DNA from: an uncultured Gammaproteobacteria bacterium
GTDB taxonomy: Bacteria > Pseudomonadota > Gammaproteobacteria > SZUA-152
NCBI GenBank assembly: GCA_913009875.1
Contig: CAJVYS010000002.1
Span: forward strand, 2,073-66,072
DNA length: 64,000 nucleotides
Direction of reading: 5' to 3'
Shown here piece by piece: positions 1 to 8,956 of this stretch. The position numbers and the translations under genes were made by a program. The stretch's first letter is position 1. Each line of letters opens with the position of its first letter. The notes below the pieces were generated by a model. The model saw only the letters and a program-made list of their open reading frames with translations, had not been told where the DNA came from and did not search any database.

Positions 1-1
1 T

Positions 2-2599
2 GGTTATGCCGACATTCCATTCAACAATTCCTCTGCAATCTACGATGCCATCGATACGGGTGTTGATGTGGACGATCAGGTTGGTAATGTCGGCACTATC
101 GACTTTTGGTACAAGAGCAACGTGCGATGGGATGGCAGTAATGGTGATCGACAGCTGCTGGATGCGAGTCTGGCGGCTACGGGAACCTGGATAGACAAGT
201 ATTTCTTTCTCACTCTGCGTAATAACAGCCGTCTTCGTTTCGGCCTGGAAGACAGCAATGATGGCGATTTTACGTTAGATACCGGAAGCAACAATTTCAT
301 GGCCGGGGTCTGGGTGCATATTGCCGTCACCTGGGATCTGCCCGGCGACCGCCTGCAAATCTATATCAACGGCAACCTGGCCGCCTCGCAGGCCTTCGGT
401 ACCAACGGTGTGCTGGGGGAGCTGGATACACTTTATCTGGGCGATAACCGCAGCTCATACATCGTCGGAGGCATGACCGGTAATTCGGCCAATGGCTCCA
501 TTGATGAGGCACGGGTTTATAGCTCGGTTTTGTCAGCCACGGAAATACAGGCGGATATGAACGCCACCCATCCCTGTGGCGGTATTCTTGATCACTTTGT
601 GATTAACCACGATGGCTACGGTATCAACTGTGTCGCCGAGACCCTCAGCGTGACGGCGGTGGCCGCGGATGGATCAACCATCACCAGCTATGCCGGCGCC
701 ATAACCCTGGACACCCAGACAGGCACTGGCGACTGGAGCCTGAACAGCGGCACTGGCAACTTTGTTGATGTGCTGGCCGGTGATGGTCTGGCCAGCTATC
801 AGTTTGCCGCTGGTGATGCGGGCGTGGCGAGCTTTGACCTCGACTACCAAACCGGCGCCGCGAGCATCAATGTCGATGTCTACGACGGCGCGATTCGTGA
901 TGATGACACGGAAGGCAGTCTGGTATTTTCTCCCAGCGGCTTTATGGTTACCGCCGCGCCCCTGGGCAACCCACCACCGGCGAGCATTGATCAAGCCATT
1001 CCGGCGCAGACTGCAGCCAGTGATTTTCCATTATACATTGCCGCCTATGGGCAGACGCCGACAGACCCTGTGTGCGGCATCATCGAGGCCTACGACGGGG
1101 CGAAAAATATCAAGTTCTGGTCGTCGTACAATAACCCGCTTACGGGCACCCTGGCGGTTGCGGTCGACGGCAATGCCATTGTCGGCAGCGAGGCGGGTTC
1201 CGCTGCACAGGCCGTTACATTCACCCAGGGTCAGGCTGCGATCACGGTGAATTATGCCGATGTGGGTGATATCGATATGGCCATGAAGGATGATGCCACC
1301 GGCAACCCGTCACTGCCGACAGGCATTCGTGGCGCCAGTCAGCCAATCGTGGTTAGACCCGCCGGTTTCGTGCTGAGCAATATCGTGCGTACGGGTGATG
1401 GATTTTCCAACCCGGCGGCCACGGATGAGAACGATCCAGTATTCATTGCTGCTGGCAACCCCTTCTCAGTAACCGTCACCGCTATCAACAGCCTGGGAAA
1501 TTCCACGCCCAACTACGGACAGGAAATAATGCCCGAGTCCGTGCTGCTGACCTCTACCTTGGTGGCGGCCGGTGGGATAAATAATCCGTCGCTGAACTTT
1601 ACCGCCGGCTTCGGCAGCTTCGCCAACGGTGTCGCCACCGGCAGCGACTTCAGCTGGGGTGACGTGGGTATCATCACTCTTACCCCCAGCGTCGGTGATG
1701 GTAATTATCTGGGCGGTGGTGATGTGACGGGCACGGTCAGCGGCAACATCGGCCGCTTTACGCCCTTCGATTTCAATGTGCTGCTGGACAACTCGCCGGC
1801 CTTCGCCACCACCTGCGGCAGCTTTACCTACATAGGACAGGCCTTCAATTACGCTACCGCGCCGCAGGTGACGATTGCCGCGCGCAACAGTGCCGGCAGC
1901 ATTACACAGAATTACGACAACAACTGGTGGAAGCTGGCGGACTTCAGCGAGAGCTATGCCCACAATGGCAGCCTGCCGGCCACGGTATCGTTGGATGCCA
2001 GCGGCGCCGGGCATGCCGCCATCAGTTGTAGTAATTGCGTGGGCACGGTGACGACGACATTCAATGGCAGCCTGAGTTACGCCACCACGCAGCTGGAGAC
2101 AGTGCCCTTCAATGGCGTGGTGGACATCAGCTTTCCCGTTATCGACAGCGATGGCATCGGTTATGCCGGCAACCCGTTCACTATCAGCGCCATCGGTTTT
2201 GATGCCGGCAGTGAGCAGCGCTCCGGGCGCGGCTTCGCACAGGATGTCTACGGCACCCACGCCAATATTGGCGATGTGCTGAGCATGCCGGTGGGGACGC
2301 AGTATTATTCCACCGCCGGCACCTGGCTGGATAACAGTGCCGATGGTTGCACGACTTACAGTTACGCCAAGTCTGACAGCGGCATCACCACGGCGGCAAC
2401 GCCGGCCAGCCCGGTGAGCGTGACGGCGGGCAAGGGTGATCTGGCCATCCAGTTAACGGGCGACAGTGGTGATCCCGGTGGTGCTGCAACTTTCACCTTT
2501 ACCTGGCCGGGCTGGCTGACAGGGACCGCCAGTGCCAGCGCTACCTTCGGCATCTTCCGTGGCGATGACCGCTTCCTCTACTGGCGGGAAGCACCGTAA
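2..2599 (+). CDS. MSHA-type pilus biogenesis protein, MshQ-like, with a LamG/concanavalin-like domain. It is 5'-truncated by the window edge; the reading frame is open from position 2.
   Basis: LamG-like motifs are present (WVHIAVTWD...RLQIYINGN...IDEARVYSSVLSATEI). The protein is large and Gly/Thr-rich and lies directly upstream of three prepilin-type genes. No stop codon occurs between position 2 and the listed ORF start. Confidence 0.5.
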   Translation, partial: GYADIPFNNSSAIYDAIDTGVDVDDQVGNVGTIDFWYKSNVRWDGSNGDRQLLDASLAATGTWIDKYFFLTLRNNSRLRFGLEDSNDGDFTLDTGSNNFMAGVWVHIAVTWDLPGDRLQIYINGNLAASQAFGTNGVLGELDTLYLGDNRSSYIVGGMTGNSANGSIDEARVYSSVLSATEIQADMNATHPCGGILDHFVINHDGYGINCVAETLSVTAVAADGSTITSYAGAITLDTQTGTGDWSLNSGTGNFVDVLAGDGLASYQFAAGDAGVASFDLDYQTGAASINVDVYDGAIRDDDTEGSLVFSPSGFMVTAAPLGNPPPASIDQAIPAQTAASDFPLYIAAYGQTPTDPVCGIIEAYDGAKNIKFWSSYNNPLTGTLAVAVDGNAIVGSEAGSAAQAVTFTQGQAAITVNYADVGDIDMAMKDDATGNPSLPTGIRGASQPIVVRPAGFVLSNIVRTGDGFSNPAATDENDPVFIAAGNPFSVTVTAINSLGNSTPNYGQEIMPESVLLTSTLVAAGGINNPSLNFTAGFGSFANGVATGSDFSWGDVGIITLTPSVGDGNYLGGGDVTGTVSGNIGRFTPFDFNVLLDNSPAFATTCGSFTYIGQAFNYATAPQVTIAARNSAGSITQNYDNNWWKLADFSESYAHNGSLPATVSLDASGAGHAAISCSNCVGTVTTTFNGSLSYATTQLETVPFNGVVDISFPVIDSDGIGYAGNPFTISAIGFDAGSEQRSGRGFAQDVYGTHANIGDVLSMPVGTQYYSTAGTWLDNSADGCTTYSYAKSDSGITTAATPASPVSVTAGKGDLAIQLTGDSGDPGGAATFTFTWPGWLTGTASASATFGIFRGDDRFLYWREAP

Positions 2600-3051
2600 T
2601 GCGCCAGCATGGCTTCACGCTTATCGAGATGATCGCCGTGATGGTGATCATGGCCACCCTGGCGGTGGTGGCGCTGGGCAGCTTTAATCCCAATGATTAC
2701 GAGTTGAGCGCCGTGCGTGATGAGCTGGTGGGCGCGCTGCGCTATGCGCAGTCGATGTCGCTGAGTCACACGGGGGCAACGGATTACGAGGTCACGCTGA
2801 GTGGCACGGGTTATAGCGTGACCCAGGGTGGGGCGGCGATTCCCCATCCCGTCACCGGTGCCGGCACCTACAACAGCAGCTGGAGCAACGTCACTCTGGG
2901 CAGCAGCGGCACGGTCAGCTTCGATGGCTACGGCGAGCCCAGCCTGGCCGGCGGGCTGGCGTGGAGCGGTAACCAGCTGGCGGTGACAGTCAGCGTCGGC
3001 AACGTCAGCGACACGTTGTTGGTCGAGCGCGTAACGGGATTTGTGCGATGA
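2599..3051 (+). CDS. Prepilin-type N-terminal cleavage/methylation domain protein (MSHA minor pilin-like)
   Basis: The N-terminus MRQHGFTLIEMIAVMVIMATL has the canonical G|FTLIE class III signal. Its start overlaps the stop of the upstream gene. Confidence 0.7.
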   Translation: MRQHGFTLIEMIAVMVIMATLAVVALGSFNPNDYELSAVRDELVGALRYAQSMSLSHTGATDYEVTLSGTGYSVTQGGAAIPHPVTGAGTYNSSWSNVTLGSSGTVSFDGYGEPSLAGGLAWSGNQLAVTVSVGNVSDTLLVERVTGFVR

Positions 3052-3587
3052 GAATACCCGTTTCCCGAGTCCGCAGACAGTCCGGCTTCAGCCTCATCGA
3101 GACCATTCTGGTGATTGTGCTGCTGGGCGTGGCGGTGGCCGGCATGGCGGCAATGTTCCTCAATAATGTCAGCAAGAGTCACGAGCCCTACCTGCGCCAG
3201 CGTGCACTGGCGGTGGCTACCGCCTTCATGGATGAAATCCTGCGCAAGCGCTGGGATAACAACTCACCGCTGGGCGGCGGCTGTGTGAATACCGGTACGG
3301 CGTTGTGTTCCAGCGGCCCGGCACCGGCCGGCATCGGCAGCGAAGAGGTGTCGCGTTCGGACTGGGATGATATCGACGATTTCAATGCCATTGGCAATCA
3401 GTCACCACCGCAGGACTCTTCCGGCAGCGCCATGCCCGGCTACGGGGGTTTCACGGTTTCCGTGACGGTGAGCCAGCCCGGCGCCTGGAACGGCGTGCCG
3501 GCGGTGGACGTGAAGCGCATCGAGGTGCAGGTGACGTCCAACAACGGCGAGACGATTTCGCTCTCGGCCTACCGGGTGAACTTCTGA
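3048..3587 (+). CDS. Prepilin-type minor pilin (MshD/MshO-like)
   Basis: The N-terminus ...QSGFSLIETILVIVLLGVAVAG is a prepilin motif, and the gene overlaps its upstream neighbour with ATGA. Confidence 0.65.
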   Translation: MRIPVSRVRRQSGFSLIETILVIVLLGVAVAGMAAMFLNNVSKSHEPYLRQRALAVATAFMDEILRKRWDNNSPLGGGCVNTGTALCSSGPAPAGIGSEEVSRSDWDDIDDFNAIGNQSPPQDSSGSAMPGYGGFTVSVTVSQPGAWNGVPAVDVKRIEVQVTSNNGETISLSAYRVNF

Positions 3588-4429
3588 TGAAGCTGGGCGG
3601 GAGAGAGCACGGCTTCACCCTGGTGGAGATGGTCACCGTGATCGTGCTGCTGAGTATTATCGCCGTGGTGCTGGCGCCGTTCATCGCCAATGCGATACAG
3701 GCCTGGCATGACGGCAAGGCGCGCGCCGAGCTGGTAGCGCGTGGCCGTCTGGCCCTGGAACGTCTGGCGCGTGAGGTACGCCAAGCGGTGCCCAACAGTC
3801 TCGAAACCCTGGATGCCGGGCAGGGCATTCAGTTCGTGCGCTCGCGGGCCGGGGGGCGCTATATCGAGCGTTTCGACAATTTCGGTACGGCATTCACGCG
3901 CATGAATCGGCGCTTTCGCAAGAACGTTGCGCTGGCCAATGGGCTGTACAAAATGGGCACCGGGCTGAGCGTGTCGGCCGGAGACATTCTGGTGATCGGC
4001 AATACCTCCCCGGTGGCCTTGAAGGCCTTTCCCGGCAATGGTCCCGCGGTGCTACTGAGTGGAATTAGCGCCACTACCTCGGCGGCCGACGGCACTAATC
4101 AAGGACAGATTCTGGGCTTTGCCAATCACCGCTTTCCGGTCGATTCGCCTGGACGCCATTTCACCATTGCGGATCAGACCGTGGAGGTCGGACTAACGGG
4201 AAATACCCTGCGCTGGCACACGGCTGCGGGCCTGACCAATTACGATGCCAATGCCGATTGGGGGGCATCGGACCCGGTGCTGGTGGACGGCGTCAGTGCC
4301 GTGAGCTTTACCTATGCGCCAGGCACGCCAGCGGCGACCGGCGTATTGCGTATCGACCTGCAATTGGCCACGGACACCAACAACAGTATTCGTCTCTATC
4401 ACGAAGTGCATGTAAGGAACACGCCGTGA
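3587..4429 (+). CDS. Prepilin-type protein (MshO/PilW-like)
   Basis: The N-terminus ...EHGFTLVEMVTVIVLLSIIAVVLAP is a prepilin motif, and the gene overlaps its upstream neighbour with TGATGA. Confidence 0.6.
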   Translation: MKLGGREHGFTLVEMVTVIVLLSIIAVVLAPFIANAIQAWHDGKARAELVARGRLALERLAREVRQAVPNSLETLDAGQGIQFVRSRAGGRYIERFDNFGTAFTRMNRRFRKNVALANGLYKMGTGLSVSAGDILVIGNTSPVALKAFPGNGPAVLLSGISATTSAADGTNQGQILGFANHRFPVDSPGRHFTIADQTVEVGLTGNTLRWHTAAGLTNYDANADWGASDPVLVDGVSAVSFTYAPGTPAATGVLRIDLQLATDTNNSIRLYHEVHVRNTP

Positions 4430-4480
4430 GCAGACCTGCCTACATCAAGTTTGCTATGCCTTTGCCGCTAATCAGATTAC

Positions 4481-4556
4481 GTAGGAGTGGACCCCTGGGC
4501 CGCGATTCGTCGCTGACAGAGATACCACCATCGCGGCCCGGGGGTTCGCTCCTACG
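4481..4556. repeat. REP-B hairpin: gtaggagtggacccctgggccgcgat ... atcgcggcccgggggttcgctcctac
   Basis: It is a near-perfect inverted repeat. The same family recurs at 20001-20073 and 26420-26490. Confidence 0.7.
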
Positions 4557-4563
4557 GGGTGAT

Positions 4564-4965
4564 ATGGGGCCGGCCGCGATGGGTACTGGCCTGGCCGCCC
4601 GTCAACGCGGTGCCTCGCTGGTGATGGCTATATTTCTCATCACCGCCCTGGCGGCGCTGGGTGGGTTACTCACGCAACTCTTGGTGCTGGGATCTGAAGA
4701 GACCATCAACGAATGGTATTCCGCCCAGGCCCTGTATGCCGCCGAGAGTGGTGTGGAGTGGGCGGCGCGGGATATCAGCGCCGGTGGTGCGGGCAGTATC
4801 AGTAACGGTGTGGTGCTGACGAACCAAGCCTGGATGACAACCACGGTGAGTCCGGTGAGTATCGGCGGGCGTACCCTGTACACCATCACCAGCACCGGCA
4901 GCGCCGGAGGGCTGGTATCAGCCCCGCGCACGCAGCGGCGTATCGTGGTGCAGTTTATGCCGTGA
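4564..4965 (+). CDS. PilX/MshP-like pilus assembly protein; the start is uncertain (4564 or 4579)
   Basis: The N-terminus ...ARQRGASLVMAIFLITALAALGGLL resembles the PilX_N motif (QRGAaLivaLifL). It is the last gene of the pilin block. Confidence 0.5.
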   Translation: MGPAAMGTGLAARQRGASLVMAIFLITALAALGGLLTQLLVLGSEETINEWYSAQALYAAESGVEWAARDISAGGAGSISNGVVLTNQAWMTTTVSPVSIGGRTLYTITSTGSAGGLVSAPRTQRRIVVQFMP

Positions 4966-5034
4966 TGGCAGGGCAGGTGGGATAACATCCCATTGCGAAC
5001 GATAGGGTACAGGGCTGTGGGAGCGGCTTCAGCC

Positions 5035-5081
5035 GCGAAGCATTCTTGGCACTGCCTTCGCGGCTGAAGCCGCTCCCACAG
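5035..5081. repeat. REP-A hairpin: ctgtgggagcggcttcagccgcgaa ... ttcgcggctgaagccgctcccacag
   Basis: The inverted repeat is perfect. The family recurs at 6108, 18741, 27240 (half) and 33471. Confidence 0.75.
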
Positions 5082-5122
5082 TAGTTTTTTGCCGCAGCCA
5101 AAGCGATTGAAGGGATAAAATT

Positions 5123-6049
5123 ATGTTCGGTCTTTTTTCAAAACAGTCCAACGCCGGCTATGCCGCCCTGGTACCCGGAGAAGCGGGCCTCTGCGTGGCC
5201 AGCATCGCCGCCAACGGCAAGCCGCCACGGCTGGAGGCCTGCGACTTCATGCCCTGGCCGGAAGGCGGGGATAAGAAAAAATTGCTGGCCGACGCGGTGC
5301 GCCGCCACCGGCTGGAAAAGCGCGCCTGTACCACGGTGATGGAACTGGACGACTACACGGTGTTGAGCGTAGAGGCGCCGGACGTGCCGCCGGATGAACT
5401 GCGGGCGGCGATTCGCTGGCAGATCAAGGATCTGATCGATTTTCATATCGACGACGCGGTGGTGGATATCTTCGATGCACCGCCCAGTGGCGCGCATGGC
5501 CGGCAGAATACGCTGTATGTGGTGGTGTCGCGGCTTTCCCGGGTGCGTGAGCGTGTCGACCCGCTGCAGGACGCCGAGGCCAATCTCACCACCATCGATA
5601 TTCCCGAACTGGTACTGCGCAATATTACCGCGCGCCTGCCGGAAGATGAGACCGGGGTGGCTTTCATCTATCTCACCCGTGAGCGTGGGTTGTTGATTAT
5701 TACCCGTCAGTCGACGCTGTATTTCGCCCGCACCCTGGGTATGGGTTATGCCGCGTTGAGTGATGGCGATCATGCGCAGTACGACCAACTGGTGCTGGAG
5801 GTGCAGCGCTCGCTGGATTATTACGACCGTTATTTTGTGCAGCCGCCGGTGGCGGGGTTGGTGCTGGCACCCTGCGAGGTGCCTCTGTCGGGGTTGGAAG
5901 GGTATCTGCACGATTCGCTGGGATTGGCCGTGCGTAGTCTGAACCTGCAAGAGATCATTGCCTGTGATCACGCCATGGACACCGCCACCCAGGCGCGCTG
6001 TCTGCCGGCCATTGGTGCGGCCTTGCGGCAGGAGCAGGCTGTTTTGTAA
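5123..6049 (+). CDS. MSHA biogenesis protein MshI-like (PilM-like N-terminal domain)
   Basis: The N-terminus MFGLFSKQSNAGYAALVPGEAGLCVASIA and the overall architecture resemble MshI-family proteins. It sits next to the pilin gene block. Confidence 0.5.
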   Translation: MFGLFSKQSNAGYAALVPGEAGLCVASIAANGKPPRLEACDFMPWPEGGDKKKLLADAVRRHRLEKRACTTVMELDDYTVLSVEAPDVPPDELRAAIRWQIKDLIDFHIDDAVVDIFDAPPSGAHGRQNTLYVVVSRLSRVRERVDPLQDAEANLTTIDIPELVLRNITARLPEDETGVAFIYLTRERGLLIITRQSTLYFARTLGMGYAALSDGDHAQYDQLVLEVQRSLDYYDRYFVQPPVAGLVLAPCEVPLSGLEGYLHDSLGLAVRSLNLQEIIACDHAMDTATQARCLPAIGAALRQEQAVL

Positions 6050-6050
6050 C

Positions 6051-6209
6051 AGCGGGCCATGCCCGCGATTGCTTTGCCTTTCACCAAGAGGTAATGGATT
6101 TGGACATTGTGGGAGCGGCTTCAGCCGCGAATGAAATCTGCCTTCTTCGCGGCTGAAGCCGCTCCCACAAGTTATTGTCTTTCGCTGTTTTTCGCGGGCA
6201 TGGCCCGCT
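6051..6209. repeat. Composite palindromic element, about 160 bp. The outer inverted repeats are agcgggccatgcccgcga / tcgcgggcatggcccgct, and the inner REP-A hairpin is at 6108-6169.
   Basis: The outer inverted repeat is seen directly. A second copy with the same architecture lies at 33424-33575. Confidence 0.6.
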
Positions 6210-6539
6210 CCTCCACAAATAGCACAGTAGGTTGGGGTGAACGTTTTTTGTGAACCCCAACGTTCCCGCCGGTGATGCACAATATTGTGCGCCCGCCCTT
6301 TTTGTGCGCGCTATTTTGGTGCGCCAGCCGCCGGGCTGTTCTTTCTCTTCGCCTTAACTCTTTGATATATCTGACCGTTTCTATTCTGGCCTGGGTCTTG
6401 CTATTAGGTTGGCATCCCTTTGCGCCGCTGGCGTGCCATTCGGCGCTGCGCCCGCAGATGGGGTTAAATTTCCAAGGGTAGAGTGCCACCAACGGGTGGT
6501 GCCGGATCACGAAAACTAAATTATCGAGGAATTTTATCC

Positions 6540-7577
6540 ATGCGTAAGAGCATCCTTGCCGCAAGCATTGCCGCACTCACCGCCCCCGCCGCCTTTGCCG
6601 GCAGTGTGGTTTCCGACGCCGATATCAACCTGAATGGTGGCATGACGGCGGGTTATTTCTACACCACCAATACGGGCAGCAACAATAATGAGAACTACCA
6701 GGTCTCCGACTTCATGGTCGAGCTGTCTGGCGAAGCCACCGAAGGCGTAGGCTTCGTCGGCGCCTTTGGCACCATGGCCGGCATCACCGTGCTGGACGGC
6801 GGCGTGAATAACAGCGTCTATGACTACGGCTTCCAGTACGGCTGGCTGACCGTGGCCCCCATGGAGGGCCTGAGCATCGACGCTGGTATGCTGGCCACCA
6901 ATATTGGCTACGAAGTCGCTCCCTCCTACGCCAATCCGCATGCCACTATCGCGGCTCTGTGGGGCGGCCAGCCGGTTTACTATCCCGGTGTGCGTGTCAA
7001 TTATGAGGCCGGGGATATGGGCTTCTACGCCGAGGTCAATGATGACAGCATGGAAATGACGCCTGCAACTTCTACTACTTCTGCAGTCTACTATTCAACA
7101 GCCGCTTGGGCCGCGGGTATCAACGGCGCCGCCGGTTCCCTGGAGTACGCCGTCAGCTATTACAACTACAACGGCTACAAGGACCTGATTGACGTCATCG
7201 TCTCCGCCGACCTGGCCGGCATTCCTGTGGCAGCCAATTTCGACTATCACCTGCTGGAGAACGCCCCGGTCGCTGGTGGTGATGACAGCGCCTACGGTAT
7301 TGCACTCTACGCCACCCCCAGCTTCGGTCAGGTGACTGTGCCGGTACGTGTGGAATTCCTCAGCGATGGCAACAGTGGTGTCTATAGCGTGAACGGCGTT
7401 GGCGTGGATAGCGCCACCACGCTGACCATCACCCCGACCTACAACTTCTCGGACAACACCTTCGTGCGCGCCGAGCTGTCCATGGTCAGCAGTGACAACA
7501 AGATCTTCGCCGATGACAAGGGTGTGGCGGAAGACACCAAGACCTCCTTCGCCGTGCAGGCCGGCTTTACCTTCTAA
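6540..7577 (+). CDS. Outer-membrane beta-barrel (porin-like) protein
   Basis: It has a signal peptide, MRKSILAASIAALTAPAAFA, alternating beta-strand-like composition and the C-terminal motif ...VQAGFTF ending in Phe. A Shine-Dalgarno-like gaggaa lies upstream. Confidence 0.6.
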   Translation: MRKSILAASIAALTAPAAFAGSVVSDADINLNGGMTAGYFYTTNTGSNNNENYQVSDFMVELSGEATEGVGFVGAFGTMAGITVLDGGVNNSVYDYGFQYGWLTVAPMEGLSIDAGMLATNIGYEVAPSYANPHATIAALWGGQPVYYPGVRVNYEAGDMGFYAEVNDDSMEMTPATSTTSAVYYSTAAWAAGINGAAGSLEYAVSYYNYNGYKDLIDVIVSADLAGIPVAANFDYHLLENAPVAGGDDSAYGIALYATPSFGQVTVPVRVEFLSDGNSGVYSVNGVGVDSATTLTITPTYNFSDNTFVRAELSMVSSDNKIFADDKGVAEDTKTSFAVQAGFTF

Positions 7578-7602
7578 GCCAAGTCTCGCGCAATGCGAAG
7601 CA

Positions 7603-7640
7603 GAAGGCCCGGCGGGATTGCTCCCGCCGGGCCTTTTTTC
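7603..7640 (+). terminator. Rho-independent terminator
   Basis: aaggcccggcgggattgctcccgccgggcc followed by a run of T. Confidence 0.6.
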
Positions 7641-7715
7641 GTCAGGGTCTGTGCGCCGCCGCACAGAATTTTCGCCAAAATGTGTGGCGGAAAAAGGCAG
7701 ACATAAAAAAACGGG

Positions 7716-7745
7716 CCCGAAGGCCCGTTTTTTCTTTCCGGGTCG
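7716..7745 (-). terminator. Bidirectional terminator hairpin for the minus-strand outer-membrane protein gene
   Basis: aaaaaaacgggcccgaaggcccgttttttc. Confidence 0.55.
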
Positions 7746-7752
7746 GTATGAC

Positions 7753-8733
7753 TTAGAAAGTGCCGATGAACTTCAGGTTGATGGTGGAGTCATCGATGAC
7801 CTGGGTGACGGCGCTGACCACGCCATTGCTTACGGTGTTGCCACGGTCACCCTGGCTGTACTCCAGCGCCGTAGACAGATTGTCGGCGATGGCATAGCTG
7901 CCGTAGAGGCTGTACTTGGTGATGGTGTCGCTGCCAGTGATATCGAAGGAGACGGCCTCGTAGCGGGCCTTGACGGCAATCTGGTCGGTGATGGCGTAGC
8001 TGCCCCACACGTTGTAGGCATTGTCGACGATCTCGTCGGCCATCAGGTAATCCAGGCCAACGGTAAAGCCGGCGATGCCGTACTGGGCGTTGACGTCGAG
8101 GACGTTGCCTGCGCGGTTGTTAGCGACGGTATCGTCCTGGGTGACGTAACCCAGCTCAAGGGCCAGGCCTTCCATGGGGTTGACGTTCAGCACGGCGGCG
8201 ATGGAGTTCTTCATGTCGCCGCCGGTATCGGTGACGTGACCGATGTCATTCAGCACGGCCAGAGTGCCGGTAAACATCTCGTTGCCGCCCGCCACGGCGA
8301 CACCGGCGATGTTGTTGCCGTTCAGTGCGGTCTGCTGGTCGAGGACGTTGTAGACGATGCTGTGGCTGTTGAACTCGATGTCAGGGAAGTCCACGGCTTC
8401 CTGGCCGATAGGGTTGTTGAACACACCGCCGATCACGGTCAGGGCATCCATGGGTTTCCAGGCGAAGAAGGCCTGCTCGAGGGTGGCGCCAGTGCCAGTT
8501 GCAGTGCCTTCACCCGTACCAGTATCAACATTCGCAACCCCGCTATCCAGCAGGTTGAAGTCCAGGTCGGCGCGCACGGTCACGGAACCCTTGGTGGCCT
8601 GGACGTCAACCTCGGCGTCGGCGTCGGCGTCGCCATAGCTGGTGTAGTCGATATTGGCGAAACCGCTGACGGAGGCGCTATCTGCCTGGGCTACCAATGG
8701 GCTGGCGAGGGTGGCGGCGACGGGCCAGTGCAA
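7753..8733 (-). CDS. Outer-membrane beta-barrel protein. The N-terminus is anomalous: the ORF has a TTG start, and the signal-peptide start MKKNLIAL lies in another frame at 8749.
   Basis: The C-terminus ...INLKFIGTF ends in Phe and the protein is rich in beta-strand composition. The sequence ATLASPLVAQA resembles the end of a signal peptide. Confidence 0.55.
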   Translation of the reverse strand: MHWPVAATLASPLVAQADSASVSGFANIDYTSYGDADADAEVDVQATKGSVTVRADLDFNLLDSGVANVDTGTGEGTATGTGATLEQAFFAWKPMDALTVIGGVFNNPIGQEAVDFPDIEFNSHSIVYNVLDQQTALNGNNIAGVAVAGGNEMFTGTLAVLNDIGHVTDTGGDMKNSIAAVLNVNPMEGLALELGYVTQDDTVANNRAGNVLDVNAQYGIAGFTVGLDYLMADEIVDNAYNVWGSYAITDQIAVKARYEAVSFDITGSDTITKYSLYGSYAIADNLSTALEYSQGDRGNTVSNGVVSAVTQVIDDSTINLKFIGTF

Positions 8734-8956
8734 TCAAATTCTTCTTCATGAGTTTTCTCTCCCGGTTGGATAAATTATGTCTGGAATTACTTAAGAGCTT
8801 CTTCTCTTAATACGCAGGGTATAAAGCGCGCCGGGAGAATATACATCTGGTTGATGTGGACATTCAAATCCTTGTAGTGCTTTTTTGCAACAAAACCAGA
8901 ATAATTTTGCTTATATCGTAGAGGCTTAAGGGGTTATTGTTGTTATTTGGCAACAT

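Noticed and set aside
5138-6280. A 380-aa minus-strand ORF overlapping mshI
   Set aside because: It lies entirely antisense to a well-supported pilus gene and spans REP elements. Its translation is low-complexity (Arg/Gly/Gln-rich), which is typical of high-GC antisense frames.
6400-6440. A sigma-54-like ttggcatccctttgc motif upstream of the first outer-membrane protein gene
   Set aside because: The spacing from GG to GC is one nucleotide short of the -24/-12 consensus, so it was not called.
7492-8751. A 419-aa plus-strand ORF overlapping the minus-strand outer-membrane protein gene
   Set aside because: It is antisense to a gene with clear outer-membrane-protein features (signal peptide, C-terminal Phe). 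Its own translation has Gly/Val/Asp-rich composition with no domain hallmarks.
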